DNA of 64,000 bases, taken from an uncultured Holophaga sp. (lineage in GTDB: Bacteria; Acidobacteriota; Holophagae; Holophagales; Holophagaceae). The notes beneath the pieces are model-generated. The model saw only the letters and a list, made by a program, of their open reading frames with translations. It did not search any database and was not told the DNA's origin. Each line of letters starts with the position of its first letter. The stretch's first letter is position 1. The stretch covers positions 2,528,001-2,592,000 of the forward strand of contig OY761614.1 in NCBI GenBank assembly GCA_963664825.1, written 5' to 3'. The position numbers and the translations under genes were made by a program. Shown piece by piece: positions 18,122 through 29,334 of this stretch.

Positions 18122-19663
18122 GTGACTGATTTGACCTCCCCCCCCTCGCCTCTGCGAGAGATCACCCAGCCCTTTCGAGATCTGATCCATGCCCCCAGGG
18201 CCCTGTGGGCGGTGAACCTGAGCTACATGCTGGAGGGCTTCGCCTACTTCGGCACGCTCACCTACCTGGCCATGTACTTCAACCAGATCGTGGGCCTCAG
18301 TGATAAGCACGCGGGCTGGATGGTGGGGGCCCTCACCTCGGGCATCACCTTCTCCATGCTGATATTCGGTTCCCGGGTGGATGCCTGGGGGCTGCGCCGC
18401 ACCCTCATCGTGGCCATCTGCCTGATGTTTTTGGGGCGCGTCCTGCTGGCCCTGACGCCGGGGCTGGGGCTCACGGGCGGGAGCCTGGGCTCCTCCATGA
18501 ACCTGACGGCTCTCGGCGGCATCCTCCTCATCGTCTCGGGCTTCGGTATGTATCAGCCGGCCATCTACGCGGGCACCCGCCAGATCACCACAGCCGCCAC
18601 CTCGGGCATGGCCTTCGCCATGCTCTATGCCGTCAATAACCTGGGGGGCTGGCTGCCCTCCTTCATGTCGCCCGTGCGTCGGGCCTTCGGCATGAATGGC
18701 GCCATCGGCTTCTATGCCTTCACGACCCTGTTGGGGTTGACGCTCCTGATCTCCCTGCTGACCCGGAAGACCCTGGAGAAGGCCACGGCCGAGGCGAAGG
18801 CTGCTGCAACGCCCCAGACCGAGACCGAAAGGGCCGCCGCCCAGGACGCCCGGGACACAAAGGCCGCCGAGGATCACGCCCGCAGGGTCCCCGTGCATCT
18901 CTGGGTCTGCCTATCCCTGCTGGTCCTGCTCGTGGTGTTGGTGCCCTCCTGGAAGGGGCGGGAGCTCCTGTGGGGGGTGGAGGCCCTCTGCGTCGCGGCC
19001 TTCTTCCTGCTCCCTTCGGGAAAACGGAAGGGCATCCTGCGCTGGCTGGCCAACCATCCCCTTGGGGATCTGAAGTTCTTCGCCTTCATCTTCGCCCTCA
19101 TCCCCGTGCAGACGCTCTTCGCCTACAACTGGCTGGTGATCCCCCAGTACGTGGCCCGGGCCTTTGCCCATTCGACAGTGGGCCAGAACTTCGAGGTGGC
19201 CGCGAACCTGAACGCCCTCCTGATCTTCATCCTCTGTCCCATCGTGGCGGCCCTCTCGGTGCGGACCAAGGTCTACAACATGATGATCGCGGGGACAGCC
19301 GTGATGGCGGCACCCGCCTTCATCCTTTCCCTGGGGCCCACCGTCTGGGGCCTCTTCGCCTACATCCTGGTGCTCAGCATCGGCGAGGCCATGTGGCAGC
19401 CGCGCTTCCTCCAGTACGCCGCCGAGATCGCCCCCGAGGGCCGTACGGGGGCCTACATGGGCGTGGCCCAGTTCCCCTGGTTCCTCACCAAGATGCTCGT
19501 GCCCATCTATTCCGGCATCGCCCTGGCGCGCTGGTGTCCTGAGAAGGGCCCCCAGGCCACGGGCACCATGTGGTTCTTCTTCGGATGCCTGGCCTGCGTG
19601 AGCACCGTCGTGCTCATCCTGGCCAAGGGCTGGCTGGGGAAGGATTTCAAGACCCAGGCCTAG
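18122..19663 (+). CDS. MFS transporter (peptide/POT-like)
   Basis: Many TM segments; EGFAYFG; GSRVDAWGLRR. Confidence 0.8.
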   Translation: MTDLTSPPSPLREITQPFRDLIHAPRALWAVNLSYMLEGFAYFGTLTYLAMYFNQIVGLSDKHAGWMVGALTSGITFSMLIFGSRVDAWGLRRTLIVAICLMFLGRVLLALTPGLGLTGGSLGSSMNLTALGGILLIVSGFGMYQPAIYAGTRQITTAATSGMAFAMLYAVNNLGGWLPSFMSPVRRAFGMNGAIGFYAFTTLLGLTLLISLLTRKTLEKATAEAKAAATPQTETERAAAQDARDTKAAEDHARRVPVHLWVCLSLLVLLVVLVPSWKGRELLWGVEALCVAAFFLLPSGKRKGILRWLANHPLGDLKFFAFIFALIPVQTLFAYNWLVIPQYVARAFAHSTVGQNFEVAANLNALLIFILCPIVAALSVRTKVYNMMIAGTAVMAAPAFILSLGPTVWGLFAYILVLSIGEAMWQPRFLQYAAEIAPEGRTGAYMGVAQFPWFLTKMLVPIYSGIALARWCPEKGPQATGTMWFFFGCLACVSTVVLILAKGWLGKDFKTQA

Positions 19664-20928
19664 CCCAGCAGTACGCTCTTCAGCAGCATCAGGTTCAGGC
19701 CGATCACCACCACGGCCGTGGTCCAGAGCAGGGCCTTCCCCGCTCCTGAATTGGCGTAGGCGCCCATGACCCTGCGGGAGGAGGTGAGGCTGAGCTGGAG
19801 GAGGATGGTGATGGGGAGCTGGAGGCTGAGGAGCACCTGGCTCAACAGCAGGGCCTTGAAGCTATTGGTCACGAAAAAGATCACCGCCAGGGCGGGCAGC
19901 AGTGTGACCAGCAGACCGGCTCTTGTATGGCCGTCACGGATATCGAAGGTGCGGCCGAAGATCCCCGTGAAGATGCTGCCCCCGGCCATGCCCGCGGTGA
20001 TCGAAGAGGCCACCCCTGCCGCCAGCAGGGCCAGGGCGAAGACCATGGCCGCCGCCGGGCCCAGGATGGGCCGCAGCATGGCTTCGGCCTGTTCCAGGGA
20101 AGCCACCGGCACCCCTTGATGAAAGAAGGTGGCCGCGGCCAGCAGGATCATCGCGCTATTGATGGCCCAGCCCGCGAGCATGGAAAACAGCGTATCGAAG
20201 AACTCGAAGCGCAGATGGTGGCGGATGGCTTCATCCCCCTGGAGGCTCCACTTGCGGCTCTGGATGAATTCCGAGTGCAGGAAGAGATTGTGGGGCATCA
20301 CCACCGCCCCCAGCACGCTCATGACGATGGTCATGGAACCCAGGGGCAGGCTGGGTCTCACCCAGCCTGTGATAGCCGCGCTCCAGTGGGTTTGGACCAG
20401 CATCAGCTCGAAGAGGAATCCCAGTCCGATGAGGGAGACGAAGCCCACGATGAGCTTCTCGATGCGGCCATAGGTGTTGAGGAAGAGCAGGACGCCCACC
20501 ACCAGGGCCGTGAGGCAGGCGCCGAGCCTGAGGGGCAGGTGGAAGAGCATCCCCAGGGCGATGGCGCCCCCCAGGATCTCGGCGAAGGCCGTGGCTTGGG
20601 CCGCCAGCACGGCCGACGCGAGCGCGGGCCGGGAAATCCACGTGGGCATGTGCAGGGTCGCCGATTCCGCCAGGCAGAGTCCCGTGACGATGCCCAGATG
20701 GGCCGCGTTGTGCTGGAGCAGGATGAGCATGAAGGTGGAGAGGGTCACGACCCAGAGCAGCTGGTAGCCGAAGCCTGAGCCCGCGGCCACGTTGGAGGCC
20801 CAGTTGCCCGGATCGATGAAGCCCACGGCCACCAGCATGCCTGGGCCCAGGAAGCGCAAGGGGCTCCAGGCCTCGGGAAAGGGGCTGCGCAGGCGGTGGT
20901 GTTCACGGAACTCGGCCCAGGTCTTCAT
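19660..20928 (-). CDS. mntH: Nramp-family divalent metal transporter
   Basis: IDPGNW, GAVVMPHNLFLHS, LSLQLP. Confidence 0.9.
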   Translation of the reverse strand: MKTWAEFREHHRLRSPFPEAWSPLRFLGPGMLVAVGFIDPGNWASNVAAGSGFGYQLLWVVTLSTFMLILLQHNAAHLGIVTGLCLAESATLHMPTWISRPALASAVLAAQATAFAEILGGAIALGMLFHLPLRLGACLTALVVGVLLFLNTYGRIEKLIVGFVSLIGLGFLFELMLVQTHWSAAITGWVRPSLPLGSMTIVMSVLGAVVMPHNLFLHSEFIQSRKWSLQGDEAIRHHLRFEFFDTLFSMLAGWAINSAMILLAAATFFHQGVPVASLEQAEAMLRPILGPAAAMVFALALLAAGVASSITAGMAGGSIFTGIFGRTFDIRDGHTRAGLLVTLLPALAVIFFVTNSFKALLLSQVLLSLQLPITILLQLSLTSSRRVMGAYANSGAGKALLWTTAVVVIGLNLMLLKSVLLG

Positions 20929-21235
20929 GAAACCTCTGATGTTCAAGAGTATGGGCCCGTCCTACTCCACCTTCTATCCGTTCAACCCGGATTTAGCGTT
21001 TGGTTCTGTCGATGCGTTCCCAACGGGCGACACATTACGGCATTTCGAGTCGCGGCACGGCACAGTTTGGGCTTTGCCCAAGCCTGTGCCGCACCGCTCT
21101 ACGCCGCCAGCCTGTCGTCTGTCGGCTACTCGAAATGCACAATTCGGGTTCAAGCCGTGGCTGGAGCTCGAGAGGCGGAGCGATGATCGAGGCGGGCAGT
21201 GCCGCGGCCGGAGAGAAGGGCCTGCGCACCTGGTA

Positions 21236-22885
21236 TCAGGCATCCAGAATCTCTCTGACCCTGCCCAGCAGATCGATCCGGGTGAAGGGTTTTTGGAGAA
21301 AGCCTGCACCTCGGCCTGGCAGATCCTGGAGGCTGATGGTGCCTGCGGGGTAGCCCGACAGGAAGAGGGGGCGAATCTCGGGACGGGAGCAGCGAATGCG
21401 TTCGAAGAGCTCACGGCCATTGAGCTCGGGCATCACGAGATCCGTGACGAGCATGGCGATGGGCTCTGCGTGGGTCGCTGCCAGGCGCAGGGCCTCCAGG
21501 GGGCTGGAGGCAGCCAGCACTCGGTAGCCTGCGTCCTCCAGGAGGCGCAGGGCCAATTCCAGGAGGGCCACCTCGTCTTCCACCAGGAGCAGGGTCTCCT
21601 GTCCACCCACCAGGGAGGCCTTGGGCACCAGTGCCATGGGCCCTTCGCCCAGGTGCCGGGGCAGGTGAACCCGGAAGGTGGTGCCTACGCCCACGACGCT
21701 GTAGACGCTGATGAAGCCATTGTTCTGTCGGACGATGCCGTAGACCGTGGCCAGGCCCAGCCCTGTCCCCTGGCCCAGGGCCTTGGTGGTGAAAAAGGGA
21801 TCGAAGATCCTCGCCTGGACCTCCGGCGTCATTCCGTGGCCGTTGTCCGTCACCGTGAGCACCACGAATTCCCCCGGGCTCGCATCGGGGTGCTGATGGG
21901 TGTAGGTCTCATCCAGCTGGGCGCTGGCCGTTTCCAGGGTGATGGTGCCGCCGGGGCTCAGCGCATCCCGGGCGTTTACGGCGAGGTTGGTCACGATCTG
22001 GTCCAGCTGGGTGGGATCGGCCCACACATTCAACGGGGTCTTGGAGGGTTTCCAGGCCAGGGTGTGCTGCTCTCCGATGATCCGCCGCAGCATCTTCTGG
22101 GCGCCCTCCACGATCATATTGAGGTCCACGATCTGAGGCTGGATGGGCTGCTTGCGGGCGAAGGCGAGCAGTTGGCGGGTGAGGTCCGCGGAATGGAAGG
22201 CGGCCCTGCGGATCTGCTCCAGGTCCTTGGCGAGGGGACTTCCCCCCGGGGCGTCCTCCAACAGCAGATCCGTATAGCCGATGATGACTCCCAGCATGTT
22301 GTTGGTGTCGTGGGCCACTCCTCCAGCGAGCTGGCCCAGGGCGTCCAGTTTCTGCGCCTGGTGGAGCATCTCCTCCAGACGGAGCCGTTCGGAGATATCC
22401 CGTACCACGGCCACGATGGCCTCCTGCTCGAACCAGAGGGCCTGGCGCAGGGAGATCTCCACATCGAACTCGCGATCCGGGGTCGTGGGCCGCCGCCCCT
22501 TCCAGCGGAAGAGCGCGTAGCCATCCCGGCGCAGGGCGTTCCATAGCTCCTGAAGCCTGCCTTCGAGATTCGCCTCTCCCATCATCTGGGCGGAGTAATC
22601 CTGGATGCGGTAATTCCGGCAGGATTGCCAATCCACGCCGAACATATTCAGCATGGCGTCGTTCACTTCCAGCACCCGGCCCTGGAAGTCGTGGATGATC
22701 ACGGCATCGTGCAGACTGTTGAAGATCGCCCGCAGGTTCGCCTCGGACTGATGGAGACTCTCCTGGGCCGTCTCCAGCTGGGTAATCCGGGTCAGCAGCT
22801 CGGGATAGTAGGTCCTCCGGGAGGAATCCTCCCCCAGGCCGATGATGCTCTCTCGCATCCGGTTCCAGTTGCGCCGTTCCTTCAT
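21236..22885 (-). CDS. PAS-domain hybrid sensor kinase/receiver (ErcS/NahK-like N-terminus)
   Basis: [37 protein letters not shown]; receiver TDLVMP, LQKPF. Confidence 0.88.
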   Translation of the reverse strand: MKERRNWNRMRESIIGLGEDSSRRTYYPELLTRITQLETAQESLHQSEANLRAIFNSLHDAVIIHDFQGRVLEVNDAMLNMFGVDWQSCRNYRIQDYSAQMMGEANLEGRLQELWNALRRDGYALFRWKGRRPTTPDREFDVEISLRQALWFEQEAIVAVVRDISERLRLEEMLHQAQKLDALGQLAGGVAHDTNNMLGVIIGYTDLLLEDAPGGSPLAKDLEQIRRAAFHSADLTRQLLAFARKQPIQPQIVDLNMIVEGAQKMLRRIIGEQHTLAWKPSKTPLNVWADPTQLDQIVTNLAVNARDALSPGGTITLETASAQLDETYTHQHPDASPGEFVVLTVTDNGHGMTPEVQARIFDPFFTTKALGQGTGLGLATVYGIVRQNNGFISVYSVVGVGTTFRVHLPRHLGEGPMALVPKASLVGGQETLLLVEDEVALLELALRLLEDAGYRVLAASSPLEALRLAATHAEPIAMLVTDLVMPELNGRELFERIRCSRPEIRPLFLSGYPAGTISLQDLPGRGAGFLQKPFTRIDLLGRVREILDA

Positions 22886-23801
22886 CTACATCGCCTCGCC
22901 GTAGATGGCTTGGAGGTCACCCTGGGTGGGAGGCCTGGGATTGGTGGCGTTGCAGGGATCCTCGATGGCCTTGTCCGCGAGGCGGGGAAGGTCCGAGGCA
23001 TGGACTCCCCGGGCCCTGAGGCCCTGCTCGATGCCACATTCCCGGCGCAGATCCATGACCTGGGACATGAGGCGCGTCCGGAGCTCCCGGGCGTTGAGCC
23101 CCTTCGGATCGCAGCCCAGGGCTTCGGCGATGCGACGGAAGCGCTCCGGCGCCACGGAGAAGTTGTAGTCCATCACGTAGGGCAGGAGGAGGGCGTTGCA
23201 TTCGCCATGGGGCAGATCCTTGAAGCCGCCCAGGCTGTGGGCCATGGCATGGACGCACCCCAGGCTGGCATTGGAGAAGGCCAAGCCGGCCTGGAGGCTG
23301 GCCAGCATGATGTGAGCCCTCAGCGTCAGGTCCTCCGGGGAGGCCACGCTGGCCCGGAGATGCCGGGCAACGAGCTGGATCGCTTCCAGGGCATGGACAT
23401 CGGTGATGGGAGAATGGGCGTTGGAGACGAAGGCCTCGATGGCATGGACCAGGGCGTCCATGCCGGTGCAGGCCGTGAGATAGGGATCCATCGTCAAAAG
23501 AGTGCGCGGGTCGATGAGCGCCACGTCGGGCACGACAGCCTTGCTGATGATGGCGATCTTCACATGCTCCTGGGTATTGTTGATGATGGCGAACTGGGAG
23601 ACATCTGCGGAAGAGCCGCCTGTGGTCGGGATGCAGATCAGGGGAGGCATGGGCGCCGGAACCTGGTCCACGCCTTCGTAATCCAGGATATTGCCACCAT
23701 TGGCGGCCACGATGCCGATGCCCTTGGCGCAGTCCATGGCACTGCCGCCCCCGATGGCCACCAGGAAATCGCTGGCGCTCTCGAGGAAGACCTGGGCGCC
23801 G

Positions 23802-25429
23802 GTATCGATTCACCCCCCCCCATGCAGGCTCAACTCGTGATTGAGGATAAAATCACCGCAAGTGAATAATTCGCTTGTACTTTGGTCTCAAACCAGTCAG
23901 ATTCTGAAGGATGGAGCTTGATCCTGTTCTGACTGATCCGCGTTATCTGGCCCTGGCTGCCGAGAACGGGGAACTGCGTGCGGAAATGGTCTGCCTGCGG
24001 GAGGCGATGGAACGCCTGGAAAAATTGCTGGAGTCGCTCCAGGATCGCCTCGGGAAGGACAGTCGCAACAGCAGCAAGCCCCCCAGTTCGGACGGACCCG
24101 CGGCGCCACCCAAGCCACCGGCGCCGCCCACGGGGCGCAAGCGCGGCGGCCAACCGGGACGGAAGGGATCCGCTCGGGTGATGCTGCCGGAAGGCAGCGA
24201 GGACCGTACGGTTTCGGTGCCCCTCGCCTGTTGCCCCCACTGCCGAGGCGAGGTTCCTTCAGGGGCCATCACCGGGACGCGCCTGCACCGGGTGGTGGAT
24301 CTGGCTCAGCGCCTCACAGAAGTCATCGCCTACGCGCTGGAGGAGGGGATCTGCCCGCACTGCCAGAGGAAGGTGCAGGCGCCGCTTCCCCCAGAGGCTG
24401 CGCCGGGCGGGATCGGCCCGCGCCTTCAGGCTGCGGCGGCCTATCTGCGCACAGAGGGCCGCATGAGCCTGACGCCGCTCCAGCGTTTCCTCTCGGAGGT
24501 GACGGGCGTAGCGGTCTCACGCGGTTGGCTGCACGAGAGCGGTGTGGCGCTGGGGAGCCACCTACTCCCCGCCTGGGAGGACCTCTCCCAGCAGATCCGT
24601 ACGGCGGATGTGCTCAACCTCGACGAGACCGGCTTCGGCCGGAAGGACCGGGACTGGATCTGGGTGGCCCTTTCCGCCCGTACGGCCCTCTTCCACTTCA
24701 GTGACACCCGTGGGGCGAGGGCCCTAAAGGCGATACTTCCCGAGGACTTCCAAGGCGTGATTGGCACGGACCGCTACGGCGCCTACAACGCCTTAAAATC
24801 TGCCGTTCGCCAGTTCTGCTGGGCCCATTTGCGCCGCGAGTTCGTCGCCCTGAGCGAATCCCAGAAGCCCGAGGTGGCCGCACTGGGAAAGCGACTGCTC
24901 GCCGAGCAGGAGGAGATCTTTGCGCTGTGGCACACCTTCCGGGCGGGCGACATCAGCCGGAAAGAGCTCCGGGCCTGCACCGCCATCAATCTGGCGCGGC
25001 TCAAACGCGGTCTGATCCAGGCCAGCGCGATGGATCACAAGGCCGCCCGAAACCTCGGGAAGGACCTCCTCCGGAAATGGGACAAGCTCTGGGTGTTCCT
25101 GAAGGTCGAGGGCGTGGAGCCGACGAACAATGCGGCCGAGCGGGCCCTGCGCCCCCTCGTGATCCTCAAGCGGATCTTCCAGCGACTGCCCAGCGCGGAC
25201 GGAAAGCGATTCTTCGAACGCCTCCTGAGCCTGGGCACCACCGCCCGCATCCGCGGCGTCCCCTACTTCGACTGGCTGCTCAGGGCCCTCCACTCCGCCC
25301 GATCCAACCAGCCCCTACCGGCACTGGAACCAGCCTGAGGCTGCCAGGGCAAGCGGGACATCACCAGCCCATCATGGCTGCCTGCCACCGGCTTACGTGG
25401 TCACAGGGACAAGGGGGGTGAATCGATAC
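23802..25429 (+). mobile_element. IS66-family element, copy 2, with 8-bp TSD GGGCGCCG
   Basis: TIRs GTATCGATTCACCCCCC; GGGCGCCG at 23794-23801 and 25430-25437. Confidence 0.95.
23911..25338 (+). CDS. IS66-family transposase
   Basis: 475 aa; differs from copy 1 at one residue (SEMTG/SEVTG). Confidence 0.93.
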   Translation: MELDPVLTDPRYLALAAENGELRAEMVCLREAMERLEKLLESLQDRLGKDSRNSSKPPSSDGPAAPPKPPAPPTGRKRGGQPGRKGSARVMLPEGSEDRTVSVPLACCPHCRGEVPSGAITGTRLHRVVDLAQRLTEVIAYALEEGICPHCQRKVQAPLPPEAAPGGIGPRLQAAAAYLRTEGRMSLTPLQRFLSEVTGVAVSRGWLHESGVALGSHLLPAWEDLSQQIRTADVLNLDETGFGRKDRDWIWVALSARTALFHFSDTRGARALKAILPEDFQGVIGTDRYGAYNALKSAVRQFCWAHLRREFVALSESQKPEVAALGKRLLAEQEEIFALWHTFRAGDISRKELRACTAINLARLKRGLIQASAMDHKAARNLGKDLLRKWDKLWVFLKVEGVEPTNNAAERALRPLVILKRIFQRLPSADGKRFFERLLSLGTTARIRGVPYFDWLLRALHSARSNQPLPALEPA

Positions 25430-25815
25430 GGGCGCCGAGCATGGCCTCGGTGTCCCTTGGGTTGGGCGATACCCCCAGGAAGCGCGTGACGTGGAGGCCT
25501 TCGGCTTCCAGCAGAGCCGCGCATTCCTCCGTCCACCCGGCGGCGCCAACGCCCGGGTCCGAGACCAGGAGGACCCTGCGACCTCCCAGCTTGCGGGCAT
25601 AGCGACCCACCAGTTTCCGTGCATCGAAGCCGAAGATGAATTCCGGTGCCACGAATTTGCGGAGTTCGCCGAAAACAGAATCATCCATCGCCTACCCCAT
25701 GAGGAACCAAGGCTCCTTGAGGAATCCTTAACGGCCTCCAAGGGAGGGGGCTTGAATCCCGCTCATCGCATTGTGCCTCGGACTTCCCCCATACTGGTGG
25801 GAACCTGGAGCCCCC

Positions 25816-27087
25816 ATGACGACCTGGACCCTCGACCCCTCCGAAAAGCAGGCACTGCTCGCCCGTTTCCTCCGCTACGTGCAGGTGGATACCCAAAGCG
25901 ATGAAGAGGCCACCTGCTTCCCCTCCACGGAAAAGCAGAAGGATCTGGCGCGCATCCTGGTGGACGAGCTGAAGACCCTCGGCTGCGGGGACGCCGCCAT
26001 GGACGAGTGGGGCTATGTCTTCGCCACGGTGCCGGCCCATCTGCCCCTGGGCCATGCCCCCGTGCCTGCGGTGGGCTTCCTGGCCCACCTGGACACCTAC
26101 GCGGGAACCCCTGGGGGGGGCGTGAAGCCTCAGATCATCGAGGCCTATGGGGGCGGCGATATCGCCCTTCCGGGCAGCGGCGAGACGATCCCCATGGCCA
26201 CCAATCCCGCCCTGGCCCGCTGCCTGGGCCACACCCTGGTCCACACCGATGGCACGACCCTGCTGGGGGCCGATGACAAGGCCGGCATCGCCGAGATCAT
26301 GACCCTCATCGCCTGGCTGGGAGCCCATCCGGAATTTCCCCACGGGGAGCTGCGCATCGGCTTCACCCCCGACGAAGAGGTGGGCCGGGGCACCGAGCAT
26401 TTCGATGTGGCGGCCTTCCGGGCGAAGTACGCCTACACCCTGGACGGTTCGGATCTGGGGGAGATCGAGGACGAGACCTTCTGCGCCGATACGGCGATCG
26501 TCACCATCCAGGGCCACGATGTGCATCCGGGATACGCCAAGGGGGTGATGATCAACGCCGTGCGGGTGGCATCCAGCATCGTCGATGGCCTGCCCGCAGA
26601 GGGCCTGCCTGAAAATACCGAGGGCAGGGAACCCTACCTCCACCCCTTGGACCTGAAGGGCGATGTGACCAAGGCCGAAGTGAAGCTCTTGGTGCGGGCC
26701 TTCACGGAAGAGGAACTGCACCAGCGGGAAGCGTCCCTGCGCCGGGTGATCGGGCAGGTCGAGGCGCGTTTCCCCGGCGCCCGTATCTCCCTTGAGATCA
26801 AGGAGTCCTACCGCAACATGGGCGACAAGATCGCCGAGGATCCCAAGGTGCTGGACTATGCCATGGAGGCCGTGCGGCGCCAGGGCATTCCTCTGGTGCG
26901 CAAGGCCATTCGCGGGGGTACGGACGGCGCGAGGCTCTCCTTCATGGGCATCCTGACGCCCAATATTTTTGCCGGGGGCCAGAGCTTCCATTCCCTTCAG
27001 GAATGGGTGTCGCTGGAATGGATGGCCGCCGCCGTGGGCGTCTCCATCCAGCTGCTGACGGCATGGGCGGAAGGCTCCGAAGCCTAG
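25816..27087 (+). CDS. pepT: Peptidase T
   Basis: AHLDT, LGADDKAG, FTPDEEVG, HPGYAKG, IRGGTDG. Confidence 0.93.
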   Translation: MTTWTLDPSEKQALLARFLRYVQVDTQSDEEATCFPSTEKQKDLARILVDELKTLGCGDAAMDEWGYVFATVPAHLPLGHAPVPAVGFLAHLDTYAGTPGGGVKPQIIEAYGGGDIALPGSGETIPMATNPALARCLGHTLVHTDGTTLLGADDKAGIAEIMTLIAWLGAHPEFPHGELRIGFTPDEEVGRGTEHFDVAAFRAKYAYTLDGSDLGEIEDETFCADTAIVTIQGHDVHPGYAKGVMINAVRVASSIVDGLPAEGLPENTEGREPYLHPLDLKGDVTKAEVKLLVRAFTEEELHQREASLRRVIGQVEARFPGARISLEIKESYRNMGDKIAEDPKVLDYAMEAVRRQGIPLVRKAIRGGTDGARLSFMGILTPNIFAGGQSFHSLQEWVSLEWMAAAVGVSIQLLTAWAEGSEA

Positions 27088-27088
27088 G

Positions 27089-27610
27089 GTGTTCCTCTTC
27101 CGCATCCTGCTGATCCTGGCCAGCATCCCCGGGGTCATCGTCCACGAACTGGGCCATCAGATCCTGTGTCACCTCACGGGCACCCGCGTCATCCGGGTCT
27201 GCTACTTCCGCTTCGGCGTTCCCGCCGGATACGTGATGCACGAGCGGCCCCGGAGCTGGTGGCGGCACATGTTCATCTCCATGGGCCCCTTTTTCGTGAA
27301 CACGACGACCAGCGTGGCGCTGGGCTGGCTGGCCCTGAGCGGGCGCCTGCCGGGGGCATCGGTCTGGACTTCGAAGGTGCTGCCCCTGTGGCTGGCGGTG
27401 GCCATCGCCATGCACGCCTTCCCCAGTTTTGGGGATGCCCAATCCTTCCTGGACGCCGTGTGGACCAAGGGGGCGGGCTTTTTCGCCAAACTGCTGGGAA
27501 CGCCCGTGGCGCTGGTGATGTTCCTGGGGGCCTTCCTGGGGAACTACGGCCTGGACCTGGCATTCGGGCTGGGGGTGGGCCTGGCCCTGCCCTGGTACCT
27601 GCTCCGTTGA
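27089..27610 (+). CDS. Membrane zinc metalloprotease-like protein
   Basis: VHELGH, GPF, FPSxGD. Confidence 0.7.
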   Translation: MFLFRILLILASIPGVIVHELGHQILCHLTGTRVIRVCYFRFGVPAGYVMHERPRSWWRHMFISMGPFFVNTTTSVALGWLALSGRLPGASVWTSKVLPLWLAVAIAMHAFPSFGDAQSFLDAVWTKGAGFFAKLLGTPVALVMFLGAFLGNYGLDLAFGLGVGLALPWYLLR

Positions 27611-27670
27611 ACCTATTTTGTGCGTGATCCCAGTTGTAGAATGACGGCCTATTTCTATCCAGGAGTTCCC

Positions 27671-29302
27671 ATGAACCAGCTGCCCCTCACTGAGCGCCCC
27701 TCCTGGAAGGCCCTCTCGGCCCATTACTCAGAGGTGAAGGGCCTCCACCTCCGGGAGCTCTTCGCCAGGGATTCCAGCCGGGGTGAGCGTTTCACCTGCG
27801 AGGGGGCGGGCATCTTCCTGGACTATTCCAAGAACCGCATCACCGACGAGACCCTCCGCCTGCTGCTGAAGCTCGCGGAGGAAGCCCGCCTCCAGGGGCG
27901 CATCGAGGCCATGTTTCGGGGGGACCGCATCAACCTCACCGAGGACCGCTCCGTGCTGCACACGGCCCTGCGGGCCCCTGCGGGCCAGCGCATCGAGGTC
28001 GATGGCCGGGATGTGGTCGGTGATGTCCACGCCGTGCTTTCCCGCATGGGGGCCTTCTGCGAGCGGGTGCGTTCCGGATCCTGGTTGGGCCACACGGGAC
28101 GCCCCATCCGCGCCATCGTCAATATCGGCATCGGGGGCTCGGATCTGGGGCCCGTCATGGCCTTCGAGGCCCTCAAGCACTACACCACGCGGGAGCTGGT
28201 CTTCCGCTTCGTGTCCAACGTGGATGGCACGGACTTCGCCGAGGCCACGGGGGATCTGGATCCGGAGGAAACGCTCTTCATTATCTCGTCAAAAACGTTC
28301 ACCACACAGGAGACCATGACCAATGCCCGCACGGCTCGGGCCTGGTGCCTGGAGGCCCTGAAGGACGAGGCCGCCATCGCGCGGCACTTCGTGGCCGTCT
28401 CCACCAACGCCAGGCTGGTCTCGGAATTCGGGATCGATACGGCCAATATGTTCGGCTTCTGGGACTGGGTGGGGGGCCGCTATTCCATGGATAGCGCCAT
28501 CGGGCTGTCCACCATGCTCGCCATCGGCCCGGAGCATTTCCGCGAGCTGCTCTCGGGCTTCCACGCCATGGACGAGCACTTCCGCACCGCGCCCTTCGAG
28601 CAGAACCTGCCGGTACTCATGGGCCTCATCGGCCTCTGGTACACCTGTTTCTTCGATGCCCAGGCGGTGGCCGTCCTGCCCTACGAACAGTATCTGAAGC
28701 GCTTCCCGGCCTACTTGCAGCAGCTCGTCATGGAGAGCAACGGGAAGAGCACAACGCTTTCCGGGGAAAGGGTCGAGCACCAGACCAGCGCCATCTACTT
28801 CGGGGAGCCCGGCACCAACGGCCAGCACTCCTTCTATCAGATGATCCACCAGGGCACCAAGCTGATCCCCTGCGATTTTCTGGTCTTTGCCCAGGGCCTG
28901 AACCCCCTGGGGCGCCACCACGACTTGCTCTTCTCCAATGTGCTGGCCCAGGCCGAGGCCCTGGCCTTCGGCAAGACCCTCGACGAGGTGAAGGCCGAAG
29001 GCATCCCGGAGGCCTTGGCGCCCCACCGCTGCTTCGAGGGCAACAGGCCCTCCAATCTGCTCATGGCCGAGCGCCTCACGCCCGCCACCCTGGGGGCGCT
29101 GGTGGCCCTCTACGAGCACCTGGTCTTCACCCAGGGCGCCATCTGGTCCATCGATTCCTTCGATCAATGGGGCGTGGAATTGGGCAAGGTCCTGGCCCAG
29201 CGGATTCAGCCCGAACTCGAGGCCGCCGCAGCACCCGAGCTGAAGCACGATAGCTCGACCAACGCGCTGATCCGGAGGTACCGGAGCCTGAGGGCCCGCT
29301 GA
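27671..29302 (+). CDS. pgi: Glucose-6-phosphate isomerase
   Basis: [33 protein letters not shown]. Confidence 0.97.
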   Translation: MNQLPLTERPSWKALSAHYSEVKGLHLRELFARDSSRGERFTCEGAGIFLDYSKNRITDETLRLLLKLAEEARLQGRIEAMFRGDRINLTEDRSVLHTALRAPAGQRIEVDGRDVVGDVHAVLSRMGAFCERVRSGSWLGHTGRPIRAIVNIGIGGSDLGPVMAFEALKHYTTRELVFRFVSNVDGTDFAEATGDLDPEETLFIISSKTFTTQETMTNARTARAWCLEALKDEAAIARHFVAVSTNARLVSEFGIDTANMFGFWDWVGGRYSMDSAIGLSTMLAIGPEHFRELLSGFHAMDEHFRTAPFEQNLPVLMGLIGLWYTCFFDAQAVAVLPYEQYLKRFPAYLQQLVMESNGKSTTLSGERVEHQTSAIYFGEPGTNGQHSFYQMIHQGTKLIPCDFLVFAQGLNPLGRHHDLLFSNVLAQAEALAFGKTLDEVKAEGIPEALAPHRCFEGNRPSNLLMAERLTPATLGALVALYEHLVFTQGAIWSIDSFDQWGVELGKVLAQRIQPELEAAAAPELKHDSSTNALIRRYRSLRAR

Positions 29303-29334
29303 AGGGGGCTTTCCCACCTGGACTCGTATCTGGT

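Larger units (their letters stand above)
22886..25688 (-). pseudogene. Iron-containing alcohol dehydrogenase (ErcA-like), interrupted by IS66
   Basis: N-part LRKFVAPEFIFG...NPRD (25430-25688); C-part GGGSAMD, HAMAH, LPHG (22886-23801); IS with TSD between them. Confidence 0.9.

Noticed and set aside
20915..20975. Possible yybP-ykoY manganese riboswitch (AAGGTGGAGTAG...GAAGACCT) at the mntH start
   Set aside because: Only the P1/L1-like ends match; no CGTCAAUAC-type loop and too short; needs cmsearch to call
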